Positions 9,224 through 17,561 of a stretch of 64,000 nucleotides of DNA are shown here, piece after piece. Under the pieces are notes generated by a model, which saw only the letters and a program-made list of their open reading frames with translations, was not told the origin of the DNA and made no database searches. Every line of letters starts with the position of its first letter. The first letter of the stretch is position 1. The stretch is from a virus (lineage: Duplodnaviria; Caudoviricetes): the IMG/VR virus record IMGVR_UViG_3300032123_000052, positions 64,001-128,000 of that record; one strand, 5' to 3'. A program made the position numbers and the translations under genes.

Positions 9224-12200
9224 TTGCCGTCGATGCCGACAAAAGAACAGAATGTTCTTCGCAGATTATCAGAGATGGAAGCTGATGCAAGAAATAACAC
9301 ATTGATGAACGTTACTGTGGCAGATACGGTAAAGACAATTCTTCATTCGGTTGAAGATGATGATATTAAATTGAGAGTGAATAAGGTATGGATCGATAAA
9401 AAATATGACAATTCCGATATCTCAGCCCAAAAATCAGTAAGAAACAAAGGCAGAATATGGGCAAATGATCTCAGAGCAGATCTTTCAATAATTGACAAAG
9501 CAACCGGCAAAGTGGTTGATAATGTCCCCAGTATTAAAGTTACTACTATTCCAAAAATCACAGACCGTGGAACCTATCTAATAAAAGGTAATGAATATCA
9601 GTTCACAAAACAATCTCGGCTAAAACCGGGAGTATATACCAAACAGCAAGCAAATGGTGAGATCAGCTCTTTTTTTAATGTTGACAAAACAATTGATTTT
9701 GACAGAGGGTTCAACAATAACTTTAAAATAAATTTCATTCCGGAGCGAAAAACTTTTACTATGGGATATGGTAGTAAGAATATCCCTCTTATAAATGCAC
9801 TCAAGGCCGTTGGTGTCACTAGGAATGAGCTTGTAGAACGATGGGGGGAACAGGTCTATGAGGCTAATGCTAAAGCGTATGATAAGCATGAGACCAGAGA
9901 TCAGAACAAATTATATGAGGCAATTTTCGGAAAGCAACCAGATACAGGGTTAAATCCGGAAAATATCAGAAAAGAAATTAAAGAAAGGCTTTTTGACACC
10001 GGGCTCGATTCTGAAACTACAAAAATTACCCTTGGCAAATCATATAAAAATGTAAATAAAGACGCCTTGCTCGATGCGTCAAAAAAGATTATAGATATCC
10101 ATGCTGGAAAGATAGAAGGTGATGATCGTGAAGCCCTTGTGTTCAAATCTTTCTTCGATGTGGAAGATCATATCAGGGAAAAGCTTGTAAAAAATAGTAA
10201 GAAGATTATAAACAACATAAAGTACAAACTTAAGAAAAATAAAACCATTAATAAATCAATCAGCTCACAAGTCTTTGACCCATTCGTTGTCGGCGTCCTC
10301 ACCAACAGCCAGCTTTCAAATCCACCAAACCAGACCAACCTCATGTCTATTATTGGTGAAAGTAATAAATATACTGTTATGGGGGAGGGTGGCATAGGAA
10401 CCTCAAATGCTATTACAAATGAAACGCGCCAGATTTCTAATAGCGAGGCCGGATATTTTGATCCGCTTCATACTCCAGAAGGCCCTGGGATAGGAATTGC
10501 TGTTCACAATACAATGGATGCTGTTAAGGTCGGAACTGATATTTATTCAAAATATCTCACCACTAATGGTGAGAAGATTTTGTTGAAGCCTACAGAAACA
10601 TGGGACAAGAATATAGCATTTCCTGATGAATATGATTTATCAAAGCAAAAACCGAAAGCAAAATCAAGAAAAGTAAAGGTAATTAGAAAAGGTAAGCTCG
10701 CCGAAATGGCAGCTTCAAAGGTTGATGCTATTATTTCAAGCCCAGTCGGACTATTTGACACTTCAGCTAATTCTATACCATTTCTTAATTCTATTCAAGG
10801 GAACCGTGGCCTTACCGCCTCCAAAATGCAGGAACAGGCACTTCCTTTAAAAGATCGGGAAAAACCCTTGTTTAACATTGTTGATGAGAAGGGTAATAGT
10901 ATAAATAAAATTCTTGCAGGATCAATGGCGTTGCCAAAATCTTCTGTTGATGGCGAGGTGACAAAGGTAACATCTGAAAATATAACTGTTACTGATAAAA
11001 ATGGAGAAAAGCATAGGACGCAACTTTATAATAATTTCTCTATGAATGCAGAAAGCTTTTTGCATAATACCCCAGTTGTAAAAGAGGGTGACTCTATTAA
11101 AAAAGGTGGCCTACTTGCTGATAATAATTTTACAAAAAATGGCCAAGTCGCAATTGGTGCGAATCTCAGGACTGCCTATTTGCCATACAAAGGATATAAC
11201 TACGAAGACTCGGCAATTATGTCGGAAAGCGGCGCTAAAAAACTCACATCTGAGCATATGTACGATTTCAAAACCAAGAGATCATCAAAGGGTGTTTTCT
11301 CAAGAGAAAAGTTCAAAGCGTATTATCCGGAAGAGTTGAGCGCAAAACAGGGTCGCAAACTCGATAAGGATGGCGTGGTTAAAATTGATCAAAAGGTCGA
11401 TCGTGATGATGTATTAATTGCTCATATGGAGCATAAACCACCGACGGCAGATGATATTGCGCTTGGGCGTCTTGACAAACAGCTTAAGAGGGACATGTCG
11501 AACAATGCTCTCAAATGGAATAAGGATGTTGTTGGCACCGTTATAAATGTCGAGAAATCGGGGAACAGCGTCGTCGTCAGTGTTAAAACAGATGAGCAGC
11601 TTAAAGTCGCTGATAAGATATCCGGGCTTCATGGCAACAAGCACATTATATCAAAGATAGTTCCAGATAGTGAAATGCCTTTCAACCCTGAGACTGGTAA
11701 GCATATAGAGCTTACCATGAATCCGATCGGTGTATCAAATAGGATTAACACCTCTCAACTTCTTGAAAATGCTGCTGGCAAAATTGCAGCGAAGACCGGT
11801 GAGCAATACAAGATTCACAATTTTTCAGGTGATGACAACTCTAAAAAAATGATGACTGATCTCAAAAAAGCAGGTCTGTCTGATAAAGACATTCTGGTTG
11901 ACCCGGAAACAGGAAAGCCGCTTCTGAACCCTGTTGCCAATGGTGTGTCAAATATACTCAAGCTGGAACATGTTGTAGACCATAAATTTTCTGCACGATA
12001 CAAAGAAGGGTATGATGCAAATGAGCAACCGGTCACCGGGGGCAAGACTGGTGGTAAGAATCTCGGCCGAATGGAAATGTCTGCAATGCTTGCTCGCGGC
12101 GCCAATGAGAATCTTCGTGAGATGTTTGAAATTAAGGGCCAAAAGAATGATGAATTCTGGAGAGCAATGGAGACAGGCCAGAGCTTGCCACCACCGAAAA

Positions 12201-15200
12201 AAGCGTTCGTCTGGGATAAAATGCTTGCCATGATGGCTGGTGCCGGCATCGATGTCGAGCAGAAAGGTAAGACGTTTGCTTTAAGACCAATGACTGATGC
12301 TGAAATTGTTGAGCGATCCCGGGGCGAGTTAAAACGGCCAGATTTGACATATCGAAAGAAAGATCTTGCCCCTATGAAGGAGGGTTTGTTTGATCCGGTT
12401 AAAGCAGGCGGATTGTTCGGAGATCACTACACTCATTTTAAACTTTCAGAAAAGGTGCTCAATCCTATAACTGCACCTGCAGCAGCTGCACTAATTGGCC
12501 TTCCGGTAAGTAAAATGAATGAAGTCATTTCTGGTAAAAAGTTTGTAAATAAAATAACCGGCGAAATTGTTAAACCAGGTGCACAGAGTGCCATATCGGG
12601 AAGTCCTGCAATAGAACTATTGCTTGGGCGAGTAAAGGTTAACAAAGAATTGGCAAATACTCAAGATATGGCAAAACGTATTACTAATCCATCAGAGTTG
12701 AATAAAGCCCATCGTAAGATCCGGTATCTTAAATCGCTTCAAGAAAACAAAATGAAACCTACCGATTATATGGTGTCCAATATGCTTGTAACACCATCGA
12801 AGTATAGGCCGGTTGTTACTATGGGTACAGACAATACGGTCATTCTTTCGGATATAAATGATTTATATCAACAGACATCACGGACAAGCAGTGCGCTTAA
12901 AGACCTTAAGGAACAAACAAAGGGTATTGGAAGTGAAGATATTGAGAACCTTCAGCTTGCTGAAATCAGGGGTGCACTTTATGCTGATGTGAAGGCTGTT
13001 TCCGGCCTTGCAGAGCCAACTTCATATTTACATAGAGTAAGGAATAAAAAAGGATTCATTACTCAGATAGATGGTGGCAAAACGAAACAAACGAAAGAGG
13101 GATTTTTCCAGGATAAGGTTTTGGAGCGTAGGCAGGATCTTGTCGGCAGATCAACTATTATTCTAAATCCGAAGCTTGGTGGTGACGAAATCGGCATTCC
13201 GAAAGATATGGCTAGTCAGATATTTCAGCCATTTATTATGCAGAAAATGGTAAGTTGGGGATATAAACCATTAGAAGCTCAGAAGCATATAAAAGACAAT
13301 AGTCCGATATTTGATAGGGCAAGGCAGGTGGTGGCTGATGAGAGGTTAGTGATAGCGAATCGCGCCCCGAGCCTTCATCGATGGAATATGACGGCATTTA
13401 AGCCGAAGCTAACTGATGGAAAATCTATAGAAGTACCATCTGTTGTAGTAAGTAAAAATTTTGGAGGAGACATAGATGGCGATACGTTCCAAATTCATAC
13501 CCCAGTAGGTAAAAAAGCTTTAAGAGAAGCTGAGACAATGAAACCTTCGGCATCAATGTTGAAAACAGGGTATGATTCTGTGCTTAACACACCAAGTATG
13601 GAGTTGGTAGCTGGTGCGTGGTTGGCGTCTAAAGGTAAAGGTGGTAAGAGTACCGGTTTCAAATTTAAAAACCTTGACGAAGCTAGATACTCTTTTAATA
13701 ACCACCATTTTACTTATGGCGATACCGTTGAGATTAATAGTACCAAAGCACCATTTGGTATACACGAAATAAACTCAGCTGCACCTGATGATGAAAAGCG
13801 TTGGGGTGTCGAACTTAACACTAATAATGTTGAAAGTTGGATAAAAGATGTCACCAAAAAACATAACGGCAAAATTGCTCTCGGTCTCGCTGATAAAATA
13901 AAAAAGGTTGGAGAAAATTATGTTACGCAGTATGGATTTACACTTGGTGTGTCTGACACTATTGTAGATGATTCAATAAGAAAACCAATTATCCAAGAAG
14001 CAAAAGCAAAAGCAATTCCAGGCCATGATGATAGTGTTGTTAGGGCGTATTTACAGGCAAAAGAAAAGGGACAAAAGGCTCTTAAGAAAAAATATGGAGA
14101 GAACACTATGCTCGGCATCGGAATATCTTCCGGAGCCGGAAAAGGAATTGGGAACATGACGGCAATTACATTTATGCCAGGAATAGTAACCGACGCAAAT
14201 GACAGGCCGATTCCAATTCCTATTGAGAAATCCTATTCTGAGGGTCTTGGTACTTTTGATTATTGGGCCGCTGCTCATGGAGCCAGGGGTGGCAATATCA
14301 AGAAATCGGTATCATCATTCAAACCTGGTTGGTTAACAAAAGACTTAATGAACTCGATTTATGATACCAGAATATACAGCGATGACCCTGTTGACACAGA
14401 TGGCCTTGAATATGATGTAAATGATAAAAAGGCTGTAATGAATAGATATCTTGCCCGCGATGTGAAAGATACTGGTGGAAAAATAGTTGCCAAGAGAAAT
14501 GAGCTGGTTGCCAGTGATGTTATCAACAAAATGAATCAGCATAAAATTAAAAAAGCATATATCCAGTCGCCTCTTACTGACCCAAGCCCTGGTGATGGGT
14601 TTTCAAGCTGGTCATATGGAACAGACTACGAGGGTAATAGGCATAATATCGGCGATAACATAGGTGTCATATCCGCACACACGTTGACCGAGCCGTCTCT
14701 TAATCTTGCAATGAAGGCGTTTCATACTGGTGGTGCGCTTGAGGTCGGGAAGAAATCTGCTGGTACTAAATTTGATGTGCTCGATAGAACACTTCGTTTT
14801 ACTAAAAACATCCCGGACAAAGCAACACTTTCCAGCATGGATGGTTTTGTTAAAACGACTTCAAAGTCTCCTATCGGCGGCTGGGACGTTGTTCTATCTA
14901 ATGGCGCGAAAGATGAGTCAAGGTACGTTGATACAAATAACGATCTTCTTGTAAAAAAAGGCGACAAGGTAAGAAGCGGAGACAAAATATCTTCCGGAAC
15001 TACAAGCGCTCATGATATACTTAAATACAAAGGTATGAAAGAAACGCAGAGGTTCCTTGTAAATCAGATAAGCGAAATCAATGAAGGGAAGCTTGACAGA
15101 AGAGATATTGAAACTATTGTGAGAGGCATTACAAACACTACTAGGGTTATTGATCCTGGATCGAGCAATTATACACCACATGATGTTGCACAATTGTCGT

Positions 15201-15571
15201 CAATAGAGTATTATAATAACAACAATGAAAAGGAAGAAGATATCGAGAACGCAGAAGGGGACCATCTTGCCCAGGATTACGGCAGTTATAAAAAACATCA
15301 GAAAATAGATTTCCAGACAATGAACAATCTTGGCAAACAAGGAAATAAACGTATAAAAGTTTTTAAAGATAGAATTAAACACGAGCCATTCCTGACTCCA
15401 GCAGGTATCAGTGCAAAAGCTCAATCTTCAGAGGATTGGGTTGCGCGACTTGCTCACAATCGGATAAAGAAAGTTCTGGAAGAGGGTACGACCCAGGGAT
15501 GGAAAACCACGATTGACCCTATAAGGGGCCATCCCATTCCGGCCTATGTGACAGGAGAATACTCATGGTAG
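9224..15571 (+). CDS. rpoBC: Single-chain DNA-directed RNA polymerase, fused beta and beta' (ATG at 9233 likely start)
   Basis: beta motifs TPEGPGIG, KMQEQALPL, GYNYEDS, DKISGLHGNK, MNPIGVSNRIN, GGKNLGRME; beta' motifs RRQDLVGRSTI, NRAPSLHR, catalytic GGDIDGD (DIDGD at 13469-13483), AAHGARGG, trigger loop TEPSLNLAMKAFHTGG; junction near 12265. Confidence 0.95.
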   Translation: MPSMPTKEQNVLRRLSEMEADARNNTLMNVTVADTVKTILHSVEDDDIKLRVNKVWIDKKYDNSDISAQKSVRNKGRIWANDLRADLSIIDKATGKVVDNVPSIKVTTIPKITDRGTYLIKGNEYQFTKQSRLKPGVYTKQQANGEISSFFNVDKTIDFDRGFNNNFKINFIPERKTFTMGYGSKNIPLINALKAVGVTRNELVERWGEQVYEANAKAYDKHETRDQNKLYEAIFGKQPDTGLNPENIRKEIKERLFDTGLDSETTKITLGKSYKNVNKDALLDASKKIIDIHAGKIEGDDREALVFKSFFDVEDHIREKLVKNSKKIINNIKYKLKKNKTINKSISSQVFDPFVVGVLTNSQLSNPPNQTNLMSIIGESNKYTVMGEGGIGTSNAITNETRQISNSEAGYFDPLHTPEGPGIGIAVHNTMDAVKVGTDIYSKYLTTNGEKILLKPTETWDKNIAFPDEYDLSKQKPKAKSRKVKVIRKGKLAEMAASKVDAIISSPVGLFDTSANSIPFLNSIQGNRGLTASKMQEQALPLKDREKPLFNIVDEKGNSINKILAGSMALPKSSVDGEVTKVTSENITVTDKNGEKHRTQLYNNFSMNAESFLHNTPVVKEGDSIKKGGLLADNNFTKNGQVAIGANLRTAYLPYKGYNYEDSAIMSESGAKKLTSEHMYDFKTKRSSKGVFSREKFKAYYPEELSAKQGRKLDKDGVVKIDQKVDRDDVLIAHMEHKPPTADDIALGRLDKQLKRDMSNNALKWNKDVVGTVINVEKSGNSVVVSVKTDEQLKVADKISGLHGNKHIISKIVPDSEMPFNPETGKHIELTMNPIGVSNRINTSQLLENAAGKIAAKTGEQYKIHNFSGDDNSKKMMTDLKKAGLSDKDILVDPETGKPLLNPVANGVSNILKLEHVVDHKFSARYKEGYDANEQPVTGGKTGGKNLGRMEMSAMLARGANENLREMFEIKGQKNDEFWRAMETGQSLPPPKKAFVWDKMLAMMAGAGIDVEQKGKTFALRPMTDAEIVERSRGELKRPDLTYRKKDLAPMKEGLFDPVKAGGLFGDHYTHFKLSEKVLNPITAPAAAALIGLPVSKMNEVISGKKFVNKITGEIVKPGAQSAISGSPAIELLLGRVKVNKELANTQDMAKRITNPSELNKAHRKIRYLKSLQENKMKPTDYMVSNMLVTPSKYRPVVTMGTDNTVILSDINDLYQQTSRTSSALKDLKEQTKGIGSEDIENLQLAEIRGALYADVKAVSGLAEPTSYLHRVRNKKGFITQIDGGKTKQTKEGFFQDKVLERRQDLVGRSTIILNPKLGGDEIGIPKDMASQIFQPFIMQKMVSWGYKPLEAQKHIKDNSPIFDRARQVVADERLVIANRAPSLHRWNMTAFKPKLTDGKSIEVPSVVVSKNFGGDIDGDTFQIHTPVGKKALREAETMKPSASMLKTGYDSVLNTPSMELVAGAWLASKGKGGKSTGFKFKNLDEARYSFNNHHFTYGDTVEINSTKAPFGIHEINSAAPDDEKRWGVELNTNNVESWIKDVTKKHNGKIALGLADKIKKVGENYVTQYGFTLGVSDTIVDDSIRKPIIQEAKAKAIPGHDDSVVRAYLQAKEKGQKALKKKYGENTMLGIGISSGAGKGIGNMTAITFMPGIVTDANDRPIPIPIEKSYSEGLGTFDYWAAAHGARGGNIKKSVSSFKPGWLTKDLMNSIYDTRIYSDDPVDTDGLEYDVNDKKAVMNRYLARDVKDTGGKIVAKRNELVASDVINKMNQHKIKKAYIQSPLTDPSPGDGFSSWSYGTDYEGNRHNIGDNIGVISAHTLTEPSLNLAMKAFHTGGALEVGKKSAGTKFDVLDRTLRFTKNIPDKATLSSMDGFVKTTSKSPIGGWDVVLSNGAKDESRYVDTNNDLLVKKGDKVRSGDKISSGTTSAHDILKYKGMKETQRFLVNQISEINEGKLDRRDIETIVRGITNTTRVIDPGSSNYTPHDVAQLSSIEYYNNNNEKEEDIENAEGDHLAQDYGSYKKHQKIDFQTMNNLGKQGNKRIKVFKDRIKHEPFLTPAGISAKAQSSEDWVARLAHNRIKKVLEEGTTQGWKTTIDPIRGHPIPAYVTGEYSW

Positions 15572-16404
15572 AAAAAATATCAATTGACTTATCATCAATT
15601 TTAAAATCCGGCAAGACTGTTGGGGATATTTTAGTTAAGCACCCATATTATACATTTGGTGGTCTTGGTGTCGCACTTGGAACATATGGCGGTATAAAAG
15701 AATATAAAAAAGAGATTGAGTTTAAGGCTCCCAGATTAAAATCGGGAGAAACTAAGAGTGACGATTCTTATAAGATGAGAGTAATAAGAAGTCACAAAAT
15801 ACAGCAGAGAGAATTCGATAAAAGTAAACCTACTAAAATTTTGTCAAAAGTTCTTGCTAATATTGGTCTTGGTTTATACACTGGTTATCAGGCTGAGAAA
15901 ATTAATGAATCTCATGAAGAAGCCTTGAATGAAGCGAGAAGATATACTAAAAGAGCTAGGGAGAATTTTAGGGAGCAGTATACTAAAAGAGCTAGGGAGC
16001 ATTTTAGGGAGCAGACTAGAAGGCGTAGTGAAGAATCTAAAAATACTTTCAGAAGTGGGTATAATAGGAGCCGTAGTACCACCCCAGGTACAAGTTCAAC
16101 AACAAATACCGCTGGTAAAAAGTTTAGCGAAACATTAAAGGGTTTTAAGACAAAGACGGAAGCTACATCGGCGTTTAGAAATGCGGCTAAAAAATACCAT
16201 CCTGACAAGGGCGGTAAGGCTGAAGATTTTTATTCTGTAAAAACAATATGGGACGCATTTAAAAATTCGGCTGGGTTTAATAAGTTATCATATTACAAGG
16301 CGTTCCTTGATGAACTTGAAAAAATATCAGGTTGTAAAATTCCACCACAATACTTATCAAAACAAAAGACAAAACCGAAAAAAGCAAAAAAGAGTCCGAA
16401 TTGA
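15565..16404 (+). CDS. Membrane-associated protein with J-domain (HPD) module and DELEKIS tag
   Basis: Two hydrophobic Gly-rich segments; FRNAAKKYHPDKGG; C-terminal AFLDELEKISG and KPKKAKK; start overlaps the RNAP stop. Confidence 0.7.
   Translation: MVEKISIDLSSILKSGKTVGDILVKHPYYTFGGLGVALGTYGGIKEYKKEIEFKAPRLKSGETKSDDSYKMRVIRSHKIQQREFDKSKPTKILSKVLANIGLGLYTGYQAEKINESHEEALNEARRYTKRARENFREQYTKRAREHFREQTRRRSEESKNTFRSGYNRSRSTTPGTSSTTNTAGKKFSETLKGFKTKTEATSAFRNAAKKYHPDKGGKAEDFYSVKTIWDAFKNSAGFNKLSYYKAFLDELEKISGCKIPPQYLSKQKTKPKKAKKSPN
15943..16014 (+). repeat. Tandem duplication, 2 x 36 bp (YTKRARE[N/H]FREQ)
   Basis: TATACTAAAAGAGCTAGGGAG[A/C]ATTTTAGGGAGCAG repeated with one mismatch. Confidence 0.9.
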
Positions 16405-16436
16405 CCCAGGCGAAAAATATGGTTATAGTTATAGCT

Positions 16437-16475
16437 AAAAAAATAACCGGAAAAGGAATGCAGCTCCTTTCCCGG
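16437..16475 (-). terminator. Intrinsic terminator for the Ntn-hydrolase gene
   Basis: Minus strand CCGGGAAAGGA-loop-TCCTTTTCCGG (one G-U pair) followed by TTATTTTTTT. Confidence 0.7.
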
Positions 16476-16480
16476 CTAAA

Positions 16481-17461
16481 TTACACTTCGTTAAGCAATA
16501 TCTGACCTGTTTTGGGAAGAAGCACCATACTTTGTTTAGTCTCTTCATTCATTACTGGAGGTTTTTTTAATACTGATAATGCAGTTTTTGGGCTATGTAC
16601 ACTCTTCGCTTTCTTAACAATAAACTTCCGCCTTTCTTCGGAATCCATTTCGTAATATTCATCTTCATAACTTTTGTCATCAAGGTCATGATTTGCAATT
16701 GCAAACGGATCCATGTGAAATTCATGCGGATACCATATATGGGTTTGATTAGGATTAAGATCGATAACATAGTGTTCGCTTTTCTTTATACCAGCAAGAT
16801 GAACAAACGCCGGTGCCATCACTCTTTGATTTGATATATAATCCAAGGCATTTTTGCAAGTTCTACATTTTTCAAACGCATCTCTTAATATAAAGGCAAC
16901 CGGCTTTCCACCTACGTCAAAACTATTATCAATGGCGTTCATATTAATTGAGGCGCTAAATCTTCCTTTTGCCACACCTGATATTACCCCCGAAAACCCG
17001 GGCCACGTTATTGTTTTGAAATCACCAGCAAGGGCATTTTTATAATTTAATATTACAGTGCCCTCTTCCAACCTTTCAAGAGGCCAGTCCATATTTCTCA
17101 TATGGATCATACCGTGCATTGTTGTATATTTTACACACGACGTGCACCATGAAAAGTTTATATCTTGTAGGTTAGCAGCCGCGCTAAATACCTCATAAGC
17201 GGCATTAGCAATATACAGCCATTCATCAATGTCTGTAATCATTTGCCAATATTTTATCTCCTTCCTATATTTATTTGGGATGTTGAAGAAGTTAAATTTG
17301 CTTAATATTTTTAATAAAGGCGTTTTAAAAAAACCTCCTGAAGATTTTTTGAAACTGTCTATGAGCATTTCTGACACATTGACCATGTCAGGCCCATCTT
17401 CCATATCTACAAACCTTAATAGATTGTTTTCACTGAGATCTATTTCATATTCTTTTCTCAT
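16481..17461 (-). CDS. Ntn-hydrolase, acid ceramidase/NAAA-like
   Basis: Autoprocessing nucleophile WCTS (Cys106), HMRNMDW, TWPGFSGVISG, FSASIN. Confidence 0.8.
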   Translation of the reverse strand: MRKEYEIDLSENNLLRFVDMEDGPDMVNVSEMLIDSFKKSSGGFFKTPLLKILSKFNFFNIPNKYRKEIKYWQMITDIDEWLYIANAAYEVFSAAANLQDINFSWCTSCVKYTTMHGMIHMRNMDWPLERLEEGTVILNYKNALAGDFKTITWPGFSGVISGVAKGRFSASINMNAIDNSFDVGGKPVAFILRDAFEKCRTCKNALDYISNQRVMAPAFVHLAGIKKSEHYVIDLNPNQTHIWYPHEFHMDPFAIANHDLDDKSYEDEYYEMDSEERRKFIVKKAKSVHSPKTALSVLKKPPVMNEETKQSMVLLPKTGQILLNEV

Positions 17462-17561
17462 AATATTCTCCTTTTATGTTATAATTAATAGTATCATAGC
17501 AGTTATACCATATTATTTGGTTTTTTAACATGAGGAATTTATATTTCTTATGGAGGTATAA

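Noticed and set aside
9224-15571. Host chromosomal rpoBC fusion (Helicobacter/Wolbachia type)
   Set aside because: Much shorter, lacks both Zn sites, has an altered catalytic loop, and is surrounded by phage genes rather than ribosomal protein genes
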